64,000 nucleotides of DNA, taken from contig QJWQ01000080.1 in assembly GCA_003235325.1 (NCBI GenBank), positions 1,955 to 65,954 of the forward strand, given 5' to 3'. The notes under the pieces were generated by a model. The model made no database searches. It worked only from the letters and a program-made list of their open reading frames with translations, and was not told the origin of the DNA. Shown one piece after another: positions 47,027 to 56,796 of this stretch; position 1 is the first letter of the stretch; each line of letters begins with the position of its first letter. The DNA is from Gammaproteobacteria bacterium. GTDB lineage: Bacteria; Pseudomonadota; Gammaproteobacteria; Pseudomonadales; Porticoccaceae. The position numbers and the translations under genes are program-made.

Positions 47027-48003
47027 GGCGCAGGCGTCAGTTCAAACAGGGCCAAGTGTCGCAGAATACGGTCCCGGTGACCCTCGCCCCGGGAAGGCTG
47101 TACCTGGATTCCCGGCAATTTCAAGCCGTAGCTGGTGTCGTTTCGGGACAATACCAGCAGCCAGCCACAGAGGCGCGACAGCCTGGCCTCCCGGTCCATA
47201 CCGGGAAATGCGTCCCAGTCGAGCCAGACCCGGTTGTCCACCGCGTCCGTGTAATGCTTGGTGAGCATGCCCTGCCCCCGGGCATACTGTTTCCAGGCGA
47301 TGTGGCGCAGGGATTCACCGGGACGGTAACTGCCCAGCCCTGAAAAATCGTCGCTGCCACCCGCGACTTCCAGCACGCCTTCGCCCAGCGCCGGACGGGA
47401 CTGCTGTGGCGGCGAGGCCGCCAGGGGTTTCGGGTAGACCAGACCCTGCAAAGTCGGTTTGACATGGGTCCAGACCCGCAGCAGGCCGAGGGGATAGGTG
47501 CTGTCGATGACCAGGCGGCCGGGGTCAAGCCAGCCCCGGCGTCTGGCCGGCACGTACAAACGGACATCGGCGGTCAGGGTGTCGGCCATGGCAACCATTA
47601 CCGGCCGGGCGCCCGGGTAGTACAGCCGAATGCTGTCCCGGAAACGCCGGCCCTGTTGGGCCAGACGCACGGTCACCTGCGCCCGGTCACCGGCAAAGGC
47701 CGGTTGTGCATCCAGGACGCTGACCTCGACACCGGACAGGTTGGCAAAGGTGTGCAGAATGGTGACGACAAACACCGAGGACAGCAGGAAGGTAAAGGCG
47801 AAGATCAGGTTGTTCTGGTAATTGATGGCCAGCAACCAGAGCAGCAGCAACACCAGGCCAAAAGCAAAACCGGCGACAGTGGGGAAAATAAACAGCTTGC
47901 GACTGTCGAGCCTGACTGTTTTCTGGCCTGGCAGGCGTCGCTCCAGGAGGCCCTCGTAGAATTGTTGCCAGCGACGTCGCCAGCCGCTGCCGGCCGCCAT
48001 CAA
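47023..48003 (-). CDS. DUF58 domain protein (MoxR-associated)
   Basis: 326 aa with two N-terminal TM segments and ...DDFSGLGSYRPGESLRHIAWK (the DUF58 motif D.f.glR.Y.pGD..r.I.Wk). Positioned between moxR and tgpA. Confidence 0.82.
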   Translation of the reverse strand: MMAAGSGWRRRWQQFYEGLLERRLPGQKTVRLDSRKLFIFPTVAGFAFGLVLLLLWLLAINYQNNLIFAFTFLLSSVFVVTILHTFANLSGVEVSVLDAQPAFAGDRAQVTVRLAQQGRRFRDSIRLYYPGARPVMVAMADTLTADVRLYVPARRRGWLDPGRLVIDSTYPLGLLRVWTHVKPTLQGLVYPKPLAASPPQQSRPALGEGVLEVAGGSDDFSGLGSYRPGESLRHIAWKQYARGQGMLTKHYTDAVDNRVWLDWDAFPGMDREARLSRLCGWLLVLSRNDTSYGLKLPGIQVQPSRGEGHRDRILRHLALFELTPAP

Positions 48004-48021
48004 CGGACCCGGGTCATGGAA

Positions 48022-48957
48022 TCAGAGAATGTCCACCGCATGCAGCACCTGTTCCACCAGAGCACCGCTGCGCTGCACCACATCACTGGCGCCTTGCAGA
48101 CGATGCCCGGCCACGGCGGGGAAAACCGCCTGGATGTCCTCGGGAATGACATAGTGCCTGGCGTGCATCATGGCCCAGGCCCTGGCGCAGTCCAGTACCG
48201 CCAGCGCGCCCCGGGGCGACAACCCCAGTTCAAACTGATGTTCACTGCGGGTGTATTGCACCAGGCGCTGCAGGTAATCGACCACCGCCTCGGAGGCCTG
48301 GACCTTACTCGCTGCCCGTTGCAGCAGGTCCAGTTGTTCCCCCTGAACGCAGGGACGCAAGCGGGCCAGTTGCAGCCGGGGATCAGCGCCCATCAGCATT
48401 CGCCGCTCCGAGGCCGGGTCCGGATAACCAATGCTGATGCGCATGGTAAAACGATCCAGTTGAGATTCCGGCAGGGGGAAGGTTCCGGTGGAAGTGGCCG
48501 GATTCTGGGTGGCAATGACAAAAAATGGCTTCGGCAGCGGCCGGGTTTCGCTCTCGACGGTGACCTGTCCTTCTGCCATGGCCTCCAGCAGGGCGCTCTG
48601 GGTCTTGGGGGTGGTGCGGTTGATTTCATCCGCCAGCACCAACTGGCTGAAGATGGGACCGGGATGAAAGACAAACGCACCACTGGCCTGCTCGTACACC
48701 GAGATACCGATGATGTCCGCCGGCAGCAGATCGCTGGTGAACTGGATGCGGCTGTAACTCAACCCCAGTGCCCGGGCCAGTGCCTGTGCCAGGGTGGTCT
48801 TGCCCATCCCCGGCAGGTCCTCGATCAGCAGGTGGCCCCTGGCCAGCAGACAGGCCATGGCAAGGCGGATTTCCTGTTCCTTGCCCATGAGCAGACCGGC
48901 CACGGTCTCGACGACCGCGTCCACCAGCTTTTGCCGGTTAGCGACTGGCGCGTTCAA
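48022..48957 (-). CDS. MoxR-family AAA+ ATPase
   Basis: GHLLIEDLPGMGKTTLAQALA (Walker A) and LLADEINRTTPKTQSALLEAM (Walker B/sensor). The TTG start overlaps the metZ stop (TTGA). Confidence 0.9.
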   Translation of the reverse strand: MNAPVANRQKLVDAVVETVAGLLMGKEQEIRLAMACLLARGHLLIEDLPGMGKTTLAQALARALGLSYSRIQFTSDLLPADIIGISVYEQASGAFVFHPGPIFSQLVLADEINRTTPKTQSALLEAMAEGQVTVESETRPLPKPFFVIATQNPATSTGTFPLPESQLDRFTMRISIGYPDPASERRMLMGADPRLQLARLRPCVQGEQLDLLQRAASKVQASEAVVDYLQRLVQYTRSEHQFELGLSPRGALAVLDCARAWAMMHARHYVIPEDIQAVFPAVAGHRLQGASDVVQRSGALVEQVLHAVDIL

Positions 48958-50168
48958 ATCCGGGTCAGTCCCCGCGCCAGGTCGGCCTTGATATCCTCGA
49001 TGTCCTCCAGACCCACCGCAACCCGCACCAGGTTTTCGGTGATGCCGGCCTGATTCCGCTCTTCGTCGGTCAGGCGACCGTGGGTAGTGGTCGCCGGATG
49101 AACAATGGTGGTTTTGACGTCGCCGAGATTGGCAGTGAGGGACAGAATGCGGGTACTGTCAATCAGGGTCCAGGCCTGTTGCCGGCCGCCTCGGACCCGA
49201 AACGACAGCACGCCACCAAAGGCCCGCTGCTGGCGGGCGGCCAGTTCGTGACCGGGGTGAGTCGGCAGGCCACCGTAGAAAACCCTGTCGACAGCGGGCT
49301 GTTGCTGCAGCCACAGGGCCAGTTCCATGGCGTTGGCGGAGTGGGCCTCCATGCGCAGCCGCAGGGTTTCCAGTCCCTTCAGAAACACCCAGGCATTGAA
49401 CGGGCTCATGGTGGGACCGGCGGAGCGAATAAAACCCAGCACCTCTTCCATCTGCTGCTGACGACCCAGCGCCACGCCGCCCAGGCAGCGACCCTGGCCG
49501 TCCAGATACTTGGTGGCCGAGTGAATGATGATATCAGCTCCCAGGTCCAGGGGTTTTTGCAGGGCCGGGGTACAGAAACAGTTGTCCACCACCAGCAGGG
49601 CCTGGTGCCGGTGCGCCAGCTCCGCCAGCCGGGCAATATCCGCCACCTCGCCCAGTGGATTCGACGGGGTTTCCAGAAACAGCAGACGGGTTTCGGCGCA
49701 AATCGCCTGGCGCCAGGCATCGAATTCGGTGACCGGCACAAAATCCGCCCTGATGCCCAGCTTTGACAGGTACTTGTTGAACAGCACCCGGGTGGTGCCA
49801 AAGACATCCCGGGAACAGACCACGTGGTCCCCGGCCTGCAACAGGGCAATACAGGTACTCAGAATGGCGGCCATGCCTGAAGCCGTGGCCACCGCCTGCT
49901 CCGCGCCCTCAAGAGCAGCGATGCGCTCCTCGAACATGCGCACCGTGGGATTGGTATAGCGGGAATAGACATTGCCGGGCTGGGCGCCACTGAACCGGTC
50001 AGCCGCCTCTGCCGCATTGGCAAAGACATAACTGGAGGTGGGGAAGATGGCCTCGGCGTGCTCTCCTTCGGCGCTGCGGCGCTGGCCGGCGCGGATCGCC
50101 AGGGTATCGAGCCCGGCATGGGCCAGGGGATCCCCCTGAAAGTCGTCGTCCTGTTCAAGGTCAACCAT
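48954..50168 (-). CDS. metZ: O-succinylhomoserine sulfhydrylase
   Basis: Cys/Met-metabolism PLP enzyme (HSATKYLDGQG with the Lys). The N-terminus ...LDTLAIRAGQRRSAEGEHAEAIFPTSSYVF is MetZ-like, and it lies immediately after purF as in Pseudomonas. The start at 50168 is preferred; the ORF track gives 50228, which overlaps purF. Confidence 0.85.
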   Translation of the reverse strand: MVDLEQDDDFQGDPLAHAGLDTLAIRAGQRRSAEGEHAEAIFPTSSYVFANAAEAADRFSGAQPGNVYSRYTNPTVRMFEERIAALEGAEQAVATASGMAAILSTCIALLQAGDHVVCSRDVFGTTRVLFNKYLSKLGIRADFVPVTEFDAWRQAICAETRLLFLETPSNPLGEVADIARLAELAHRHQALLVVDNCFCTPALQKPLDLGADIIIHSATKYLDGQGRCLGGVALGRQQQMEEVLGFIRSAGPTMSPFNAWVFLKGLETLRLRMEAHSANAMELALWLQQQPAVDRVFYGGLPTHPGHELAARQQRAFGGVLSFRVRGGRQQAWTLIDSTRILSLTANLGDVKTTIVHPATTTHGRLTDEERNQAGITENLVRVAVGLEDIEDIKADLARGLTRI

Positions 50169-50196
50169 GAAAACGTCCTCGCTGGCTGCCGATTCG

Positions 50197-51726
50197 CTAG
50201 AGACCGGAACTGGAATTGTGCAGACCAATCACCACCTGGGTGCAACTGGCTTCCTTTTCCTTTTTCTTCTTGGCGAGATCGGAGCGATTGGCGGCCAGCC
50301 GATCCAGGTAAGCCTGGTCGACGTCACCGGTAATATAGTTGCCGTCAAAAACCGCGCAATCAAAGTGCTCGATCGACGGATTGCCGTCCCGGGCCGTGGC
50401 AATCAGGTCATCCAGATCCTGGTAGATCAGCCAGTCGGCGCCGATGATCTCCGCGACCTCCTCCTCGGTGTGGCCGTGGGCAATCAGTTCGTTGGCGGCG
50501 GGCATGTCGATGCCGTAGACATTGGGAAAGCGCACCGGCGGCGCCGCCGATGCCATGTAGACCTTGGCGGCGCCGGCATCCCGGGCCATCTGAATGATCT
50601 CCCTGGAGGTGGTGCCGCGAACGATGGAATCATCCACCAGTAATACATTTTTACCCTGGAATTCCAGCTTGACCGGATTCAGTTTTTGCCGGACGGACTT
50701 ACGCCTCTGCTTTTGCCCGGGCATGATAAAGGTGCGACCGATGTAGCGGTTCTTCATAAAGCCTTCGCGGAACTTGATGCCCAACTCGGAGGCGATGGAC
50801 TGGGCCGCCACCCGGCTGGTATCGGGCACCGGAATGACCACGTCGATATCATTATCCGGTATCAGGCGCTGGATCTTGGCCGCCAGGCGCTCACCCATAC
50901 GCAGACGGCACTTGTAGACGGAGATGTCATCAATAATGGAATCGGGGCGGGCAAAATAGACATGCTCAAAAATACAGGGACTGAGATCGGGAGCATCGGC
51001 GCATTGCTCGGTATGCAGCACGCCGTCAGTGTCGATGTAGATGCACTCCCCCGGCGCCACATCCCGTTCCAACGTAAACCCCAGCACATCCAGGGCGACA
51101 CTCTCGGATGCCACCATGTATTCCAGTCCACGCTTCGTTTTCCGGCTGCCGTAGATCAAGGGCCGGATACCGTGGGGATCCCGGAAAGCGAACAGGCCAT
51201 AACTGGCGATCATGCCGATGGCGACGTAGGCGCCCTTACAGCGACGGTGTACCCGGCGAATGGCGGCAAAAATATCACTGGGTTCCGGCTTCAACTTGCC
51301 CTGCTGGTGCAATTCGTGGGCGAAGACGTTGAGCAGCACCTCGGAATCGGAATCGGTGTTGACGTGGCGCAGATCCGAGCGGAAAAGGTGATCCATCAGT
51401 TCGTCGGTATTGGTCAGATTGCCATTGTGGGCCATGCAGATGCCATAGGGCGAATTGACATAAAACGGCTGGGCCAGGGCCGGTCCGGAACTGCCGGCAG
51501 TGGGATAGCGCACATGGGCAATGCCTATCCTGCCGGGAAGCCGCTTCATATGTCGATTGTGAAATACGTCCCTGACCAACCCGACATCCTTGCGCTGGTG
51601 CAGGCGCCCCTCGTTGCAGGTCATGATACCGGCGGCATCCTGTCCCCGGTGCTGCAACATGGTCAATGCATCGTATAACTGCAAATTGACATCTGTCTTG
51701 CCGACAATTCCCGCAACACCACACAT
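50197..51726 (-). CDS. purF: amidophosphoribosyltransferase
   Basis: MCGVAGIVG (Cys1 Ntn nucleophile), with a PRTase motif [13 protein letters not shown]. Confidence 0.96.
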   Translation of the reverse strand: MCGVAGIVGKTDVNLQLYDALTMLQHRGQDAAGIMTCNEGRLHQRKDVGLVRDVFHNRHMKRLPGRIGIAHVRYPTAGSSGPALAQPFYVNSPYGICMAHNGNLTNTDELMDHLFRSDLRHVNTDSDSEVLLNVFAHELHQQGKLKPEPSDIFAAIRRVHRRCKGAYVAIGMIASYGLFAFRDPHGIRPLIYGSRKTKRGLEYMVASESVALDVLGFTLERDVAPGECIYIDTDGVLHTEQCADAPDLSPCIFEHVYFARPDSIIDDISVYKCRLRMGERLAAKIQRLIPDNDIDVVIPVPDTSRVAAQSIASELGIKFREGFMKNRYIGRTFIMPGQKQRRKSVRQKLNPVKLEFQGKNVLLVDDSIVRGTTSREIIQMARDAGAAKVYMASAAPPVRFPNVYGIDMPAANELIAHGHTEEEVAEIIGADWLIYQDLDDLIATARDGNPSIEHFDCAVFDGNYITGDVDQAYLDRLAANRSDLAKKKKEKEASCTQVVIGLHNSSSGL

Positions 51727-51739
51727 AGATTGGATACCC

Positions 51740-52234
51740 TTAAAACAGTTCTGTGAAAAACCCGGTTACCTGTGTCGCAACATCCCTTGCCCAACTCTCG
51801 AATTCCAGAAATCGGGGTATCAACCTCGATTCGTGCCACCAGAGATCCTTTTCCACCGGAACAATGGATGGCAACAGGATCAAAATGGCCATAACGATGA
51901 TCAACCCCCGGACAGCGCCAAACAACATCCCCAGCAGTCGGTCGGTGCCGCTGAGACCGGTGGCCTGCACCAGTTTACCCAACAGGTAGTTGACCAATCC
52001 TCCCACCAGCAGCACTGCGATAAACAATGTGATCCAGGCCGCCATGTAACGAATCGAGGGAGTGGAGATGAGATTGATATACCAGACTGCCAGTTTTTCG
52101 TGAAACAGCATGGCCAGGACAAAGGCCGCTACCCACACTGCCAACGACATCGCTTCGCGGACAAAGCCCCTGACAACGCTGATGACGACGGAGACACCTA
52201 GAATGGCTAATATTGACCAATCGGCCCAGTTCAT
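51740..52234 (-). CDS. cvpA: colicin V production protein CvpA
   Basis: [28 protein letters not shown]..., four TM segments, upstream of purF as in E. coli and Pseudomonas. The ORF-track start at 52306 is probably too long. Confidence 0.88.
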   Translation of the reverse strand: MNWADWSILAILGVSVVISVVRGFVREAMSLAVWVAAFVLAMLFHEKLAVWYINLISTPSIRYMAAWITLFIAVLLVGGLVNYLLGKLVQATGLSGTDRLLGMLFGAVRGLIIVMAILILLPSIVPVEKDLWWHESRLIPRFLEFESWARDVATQVTGFFTELF

Positions 52235-52341
52235 TATTTGAGCTGCCAGCTCCGAATGCAGGGAACCGGGGATTCTAGCAGAAATCGCCAATTCTGTAGT
52301 TGCCAAATTCCGCCACCTGACCGGCGTTCACTGCATGTCAA

Positions 52342-52929
52342 TCAGGGTTCAAACCGTCGTACCAGGGAATTGACGCCGTATTTCCGATCGACCGCCTTTT
52401 TGTCTGCGAGGCTGTTGCTCTTGAGCACATCGGGGCCGATAAAGACCCGGTACATTGGTTTGCCGCCAGACTGGCCGGCGCGGAGATAGGCCTTGTGTTC
52501 ATCCGCGATCAGATTTTCGACAAGACTCTCAGCCTTACTGCGATCTCGAAAACTACCCACCTGCAGCACCCAGGCCTCGGGTATACCCTTCTCAGTGAGC
52601 CTGGGCGGCACGGGGGTGACGGCGACCTCGGCCCCGGTCTCCGAAAATTCTGACGGCGATGACAATTCATCTGTAGGCGACTCCTGTTCCGGTGGCGACT
52701 CCTGTTCCGGCGGTACAAAAGCGGTGTCAAAAGACTTGGGTGGCTCCAGGTCCGGCGGTCTCACCGGTTGAGGGATTTCAACCGGCGCAATTTCAGGTTG
52801 CCGAGGTATCAGGGTTCGTGTATTCACCACCCTTGGATCTTCAAATTCGAAGACCATGGGCAGAAAAATGACGGCGAGTGCGATCAGCACGACTGCGCCA
52901 ACAATTCGTTGTTTTAAGCCATCATTCAT
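52342..52929 (-). CDS. dedD: SPOR-domain cell-division protein DedD
   Basis: [27 protein letters not shown], a Pro/Glu-rich linker with PPEQES x2, and a C-terminal SPOR domain (WVLQVGSFRDRSKAESLVENL...YRVFIGP). Confidence 0.85.
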   Translation of the reverse strand: MNDGLKQRIVGAVVLIALAVIFLPMVFEFEDPRVVNTRTLIPRQPEIAPVEIPQPVRPPDLEPPKSFDTAFVPPEQESPPEQESPTDELSSPSEFSETGAEVAVTPVPPRLTEKGIPEAWVLQVGSFRDRSKAESLVENLIADEHKAYLRAGQSGGKPMYRVFIGPDVLKSNSLADKKAVDRKYGVNSLVRRFEP

Positions 52930-54214
52930 TCTGAAAAAAATCCGGGGAGATTAACGCCAGGGCTTGACCCGCTGTAATGAAAGAGCCGCAAACGACAATA
53001 AGGTCATTGGGGCTCGAACTGGCGACTGCCCCTCGAAGAGCTGCTCCGATATCTGAAAAGGTAAATGCTTTGCCGCCGGCATTGTACACCATCGCCGACA
53101 GTTGATCAGCAGGCAGGGCCCGGTCCTGAGCGGGCAGATTGCCCAGGTACCAGCCGTCTGCAACAGACTGCAGCGGTTCGATGAATCCGGCAACATCCTT
53201 GTCCTTCATCATCGCGGCAACCACGTGACAACGCCCTGCTGCTTCCTGTTTCAGCCTGGATGTCAGATACCGGGCCGCTGCGGGATTGTGTGCAACATCG
53301 ACAATGACCTGTCGATCCAGATAGGTCAGTTTCTGATAGCGACCGGCCAATTGCACCTTGGCGAAAGCGTCCTGAACCGTCGCCGGGTTCGGGGAGATTC
53401 CGGCTGCAAGCAATGCCTGCACCGCAGCCAGCGCGGAATAAATCGGGATTTTTGGCCAGCCCAGATTGGCAAATGCCGCCGGACTGCCGTCCCGCCGGCG
53501 ACAGACCAGATCAAGAAGGGCAGGGTCTGCAGACCGGATCAACCTGAAATCCCGCTCCAGATACAGGCAAGGCACGGACGATTGTTGCAGGTAATCCTGC
53601 AACATTACCGGCGGGTCGGGTTCTGCACAGACCAGAGGCCGTCCGGGCCGGGCTATACCCGCCTTTTCCAGGGCAATCCTGCCCCTGTCAGTACCCAGCC
53701 ACTCGGTATGATCGAGGTCGATACTGGTGATGACAGCAACATCCGGGTCGACAATATTGACCGCGTCCAGTCGACCACCGAGCCCCACCTCCAGCACCGC
53801 CACATCCACGCCACTCTGTTGCATCAGCAACAGGGCGGCGAGAGCATTGAATTCGAAGTAGGTGAGACTGGTATCACCCCTCACCTGTTCAATGGCGGCA
53901 AAGGCCAGACAGAGGGCTTCATCTTCGGCGGCAACTCCCTGAATCCTGATTCTTTCATTAAAGGCCAGCAGGTGTGGCGAGGTAAAACAGCCGACATGAT
54001 ATCCCGACTGAATCAACAGGTATTCGAGCATGGCAACACAGGAGCCCTTACCGTTGGTGCCGGCAACAGTAATGGTCAGAGGCGCGGGTTTCAGAGCATC
54101 GAGGCGGGTGGCGACTGAAGCCACGCGCTCGAGCCCAAGATCAATTTTTACCGGATGACGCTTTTCGAGCAGTTCTAGCCAGGTTTCAAGAGGGAGTTTG
54201 TTCATCTTCCCCAA
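52922..54214 (-). CDS. folC: bifunctional folylpolyglutamate synthase/dihydrofolate synthase
   Basis: [12 protein letters not shown]-loop and a Mur-ligase-type layout. It sits between accD and dedD. Confidence 0.93.
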   Translation of the reverse strand: MGKMNKLPLETWLELLEKRHPVKIDLGLERVASVATRLDALKPAPLTITVAGTNGKGSCVAMLEYLLIQSGYHVGCFTSPHLLAFNERIRIQGVAAEDEALCLAFAAIEQVRGDTSLTYFEFNALAALLLMQQSGVDVAVLEVGLGGRLDAVNIVDPDVAVITSIDLDHTEWLGTDRGRIALEKAGIARPGRPLVCAEPDPPVMLQDYLQQSSVPCLYLERDFRLIRSADPALLDLVCRRRDGSPAAFANLGWPKIPIYSALAAVQALLAAGISPNPATVQDAFAKVQLAGRYQKLTYLDRQVIVDVAHNPAAARYLTSRLKQEAAGRCHVVAAMMKDKDVAGFIEPLQSVADGWYLGNLPAQDRALPADQLSAMVYNAGGKAFTFSDIGAALRGAVASSSPNDLIVVCGSFITAGQALALISPDFFQNE

Positions 54215-55145
54215 GCGGCAGGGGCTGATCCTCTATCTCGGTCTGGGATTCGGCTTCAGCGACAGCCGGGGTCTCGGTAATCGCCTCAGCCAGGGGCGTG
54301 GAGGTGATACTGCTTAACAACCGGGCCACGGTGTCGCGAAGGTCATGGCGGCTGACGATCATATCGACCGCACCGTGTTTCAGCAGGAATTCACTGCGCT
54401 GGAAACCTTCAGGCAACTTCTGGCGAATGGTCTGTTCAATGACATTGGGGCCGGCAAAGCCTGCGCGGGCACCGGGTTCGGCAATATGGATATCACCGAG
54501 CATGGCCAGACTGGCTGTGACGCCGCCATAAACCGGATCGGTGAACACGGATATATATGGCACCCCTTCCCGTTTCATCCTCTCCAGGATGGCACTGGTC
54601 TTGGCCATCTGCATCAGGGAAATCAGGGCTTCCTGCATTCGAGCGCCGCCGGTAGCAGGAAAACAGATATAGGGTATCCGCTGTTCCAGGGCAGTGGCAG
54701 CGGCACGGGTAAATCGCTCGCCAACAGCATACCCCATGGAACCCCCATTGAAGGCGAATTCAAAGGCTGATGCCACCACGGGCATGCCTTTTAACGTGCC
54801 CTGCATGGCAATCAGAGCATCTTTTTCTCCGGTCGCTTTCTGGGCTTCCGCCAGCCGGTCCTTGTATTTTTTGGTGTCCTTGAATTTGAGGCGATCGACT
54901 GGCAAGACCTCGGTAGCCAGTTCACTTCTACCCTCCTTGTCGAGAAAGATATCAAGTCGGCGGCGTGCGCCAATTCGCAGGTGATGATCACACTTGGGAC
55001 AGACATCCAGATTTTTTTCCAGTTCGGGACGATAAAGAGGCGCACTGCATTTTGCGCACTTTTTCCACAGTCCTTCCGGGACATTCGAAGACCTTTGTTT
55101 TTTTTGTGTGCCGGGTCCCTTTCGAATCCGCTCTAACCAGCTCAT
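54186..55145 (-). CDS. accD: acetyl-CoA carboxylase carboxyltransferase beta subunit
   Basis: MSWLERI..., an N-terminal zinc ribbon CAKCSAPLY...CPKCDHH, and the carboxyltransferase core GGSMG...GGARMQE. Confidence 0.95.
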   Translation of the reverse strand: MSWLERIRKGPGTQKKQRSSNVPEGLWKKCAKCSAPLYRPELEKNLDVCPKCDHHLRIGARRRLDIFLDKEGRSELATEVLPVDRLKFKDTKKYKDRLAEAQKATGEKDALIAMQGTLKGMPVVASAFEFAFNGGSMGYAVGERFTRAAATALEQRIPYICFPATGGARMQEALISLMQMAKTSAILERMKREGVPYISVFTDPVYGGVTASLAMLGDIHIAEPGARAGFAGPNVIEQTIRQKLPEGFQRSEFLLKHGAVDMIVSRHDLRDTVARLLSSITSTPLAEAITETPAVAEAESQTEIEDQPLPLGEDEQTPS

Positions 55146-55241
55146 AAGCTAATCCCAATTTTCTGTTTATTTTTTCCACTTAAACAGTGGCTGAATCAGG
55201 AGCCAATGCTACACGCAAATGTTACACAGTCAAAGACCGTA

Positions 55242-55862
55242 TCAGGCATTCTTCACCGCGTGAATAAAGGATCTAATGAGTTCCGGATCCTTTATCCCGG
55301 GTTGCCGCTCGACCCCGCCGCTGACATCGACGGCATAGGGACGAACCCGACGAACCGCTTCGGCGACGGTATCCGGGGTCAGGCCACCGGCCAGAATAAC
55401 GGGTTTTGGCATGGCTGCCGGCAATCTGTCCCAATCAAATGACACACCCGTGCCGCCATATTTTTCCGCATGCCAGGTATCAAACAGGAATCCGCAGGCT
55501 CCGGGAAAAGCCGCCATGGCCCGTATCGGATCGGTGTCGGTGCGCATGCGTATGGCCTTGATCCATGGCCGGCTAAAACTGTCACAGAATTCAGCCGTCT
55601 CGTCTCCGTGAAACTGCAACAGATCCGGTCGAATCTGGCTGATAATCTGTTCCACTGCTGAAGGCAGCGGATTGACCATCAGGGCAACTTTGGTGACAAA
55701 GGGGCCGACGGCGCTGGCGATGGTCGAGGCCACTGGGAAATCAACGCACCTGGGGCTGGGCGGGTAAAACACCAGCCCAATGGCATCAGCACCGGCTTCC
55801 GCCGCCACCTCAGCGTCCTCGACACGGGTGATCCCGCAAATCTTGATTCTGGTACAGGTCAC
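55242..55862 (-). CDS. trpF: phosphoribosylanthranilate isomerase
   Basis: RIKICGITRVEDA...AGADAIGLVF...LQFHGDE...ILAGGL... The GTG start at 55862 has a G-rich SD. The ORF-track start at 55952 would overlap truA. Confidence 0.88.
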   Translation of the reverse strand: MTCTRIKICGITRVEDAEVAAEAGADAIGLVFYPPSPRCVDFPVASTIASAVGPFVTKVALMVNPLPSAVEQIISQIRPDLLQFHGDETAEFCDSFSRPWIKAIRMRTDTDPIRAMAAFPGACGFLFDTWHAEKYGGTGVSFDWDRLPAAMPKPVILAGGLTPDTVAEAVRRVRPYAVDVSGGVERQPGIKDPELIRSFIHAVKNA

Positions 55863-55884
55863 TCGACCCCCCGTGCTGGCAATT

Positions 55885-56766
55885 TTACCGGTCAGCAATA
55901 CGCAACGGTTCCGCAACCAATGCCGGACCCGGTGGCAGTTCCGGTATCGCAAAACAGGACGGGTAACTCACGCCCACCAGAAACAGGCCATTGGCTGGTG
56001 CGGTTACTGTACCCCTGGTGCGATCCCGGGCCACTACCAGGGATTGGAGCCAGGAAAAACTTTTGTCACCGGTACCGATAGCGATCAGTGCACCGGCAAT
56101 GTTGCGAACCATATGATGTAAAAAGGCGTTTGCCCTGATTTCCAAGAGTACCAGATTATCCCGCCGCCAGAGACTGATATAGTCGACGCGTCTGAAAGGA
56201 GTAAGGGACTGGCAGCCGGCAGCCCTGAAGGAAGAAAAATCCAGTTCACCCAGCAGCAGGTTCGCCGCCCTCTGCATCCCCTGCTCGTCAAGATGCCGCT
56301 TTTCCCAGGTCAGCCATCGGTGAAAAATGGCCGGGCGCTGCGGGCTGTTACTGATGAGGTAGCGATAGGTTCTCGCCGTGGCGCTAAATCGGGCGTGGAA
56401 GCGGTCTGGCACCTGGCCCGCCCAGTGCAGCCTGATTTCCGGAGGCAGGTTGGCGTTGGCTCCAAGCAGCCAGTTATCCGGTCTCCGTTGGGCCCGGGTG
56501 TCAAAATGGATAACCTGATTGGTGGCGTGGACGCCGGTGTCAGTGCGTCCGGCACAGGCGACTTCAACCGGTTCGTCCGCCACCCGGGAAAGGGCGCGTT
56601 CCACTTGCGACTGGATACCGGGACTGTGGGTCTGGCGTTGCCAGCCGCAATAGGCACTGCCGTCGTATTCAATTACCGCAGCGACACGGGAAGTACCTTC
56701 CGGCAGCGTTCGGTCATCCGGCACAAGGCAGTTGCGGCTGTATTGCCAGGATGTCGCCGCGCTCAT
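55885..56766 (-). CDS. truA: tRNA pseudouridine(38-40) synthase
   Basis: IEYDGSAYCGWQRQ...AGRTDTGVHA (catalytic Asp)...FHHMVRNI. Confidence 0.93.
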   Translation of the reverse strand: MSAATSWQYSRNCLVPDDRTLPEGTSRVAAVIEYDGSAYCGWQRQTHSPGIQSQVERALSRVADEPVEVACAGRTDTGVHATNQVIHFDTRAQRRPDNWLLGANANLPPEIRLHWAGQVPDRFHARFSATARTYRYLISNSPQRPAIFHRWLTWEKRHLDEQGMQRAANLLLGELDFSSFRAAGCQSLTPFRRVDYISLWRRDNLVLLEIRANAFLHHMVRNIAGALIAIGTGDKSFSWLQSLVVARDRTRGTVTAPANGLFLVGVSYPSCFAIPELPPGPALVAEPLRIADR

Positions 56767-56796
56767 TCAGCTCCGGATTGACAGCTTATACCGGCC

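Noticed and set aside
47464-49053. 529-aa ORF antisense to the DUF58 and moxR genes. Similar cases are 33209-34441, 62022-63284, 14182-15036, 26794-27738, 50686-51678 and 53102-54118.
   Set aside because: All lie opposite confidently identified genes and have Arg/Gly/Pro/His-biased composition and no family resemblance. They are high-GC artefacts of the six-frame track.
52676-52711. 18-bp x2 repeat in dedD (PPEQES-PPEQES), and a 15-bp x2 repeat in the DUF1653 gene (7789-7818, SGAND-SGANN).
   Set aside because: These are real, but they are ordinary duplications inside low-complexity linker regions. They are not individually noteworthy beyond the general tandem-duplication tendency noted elsewhere.
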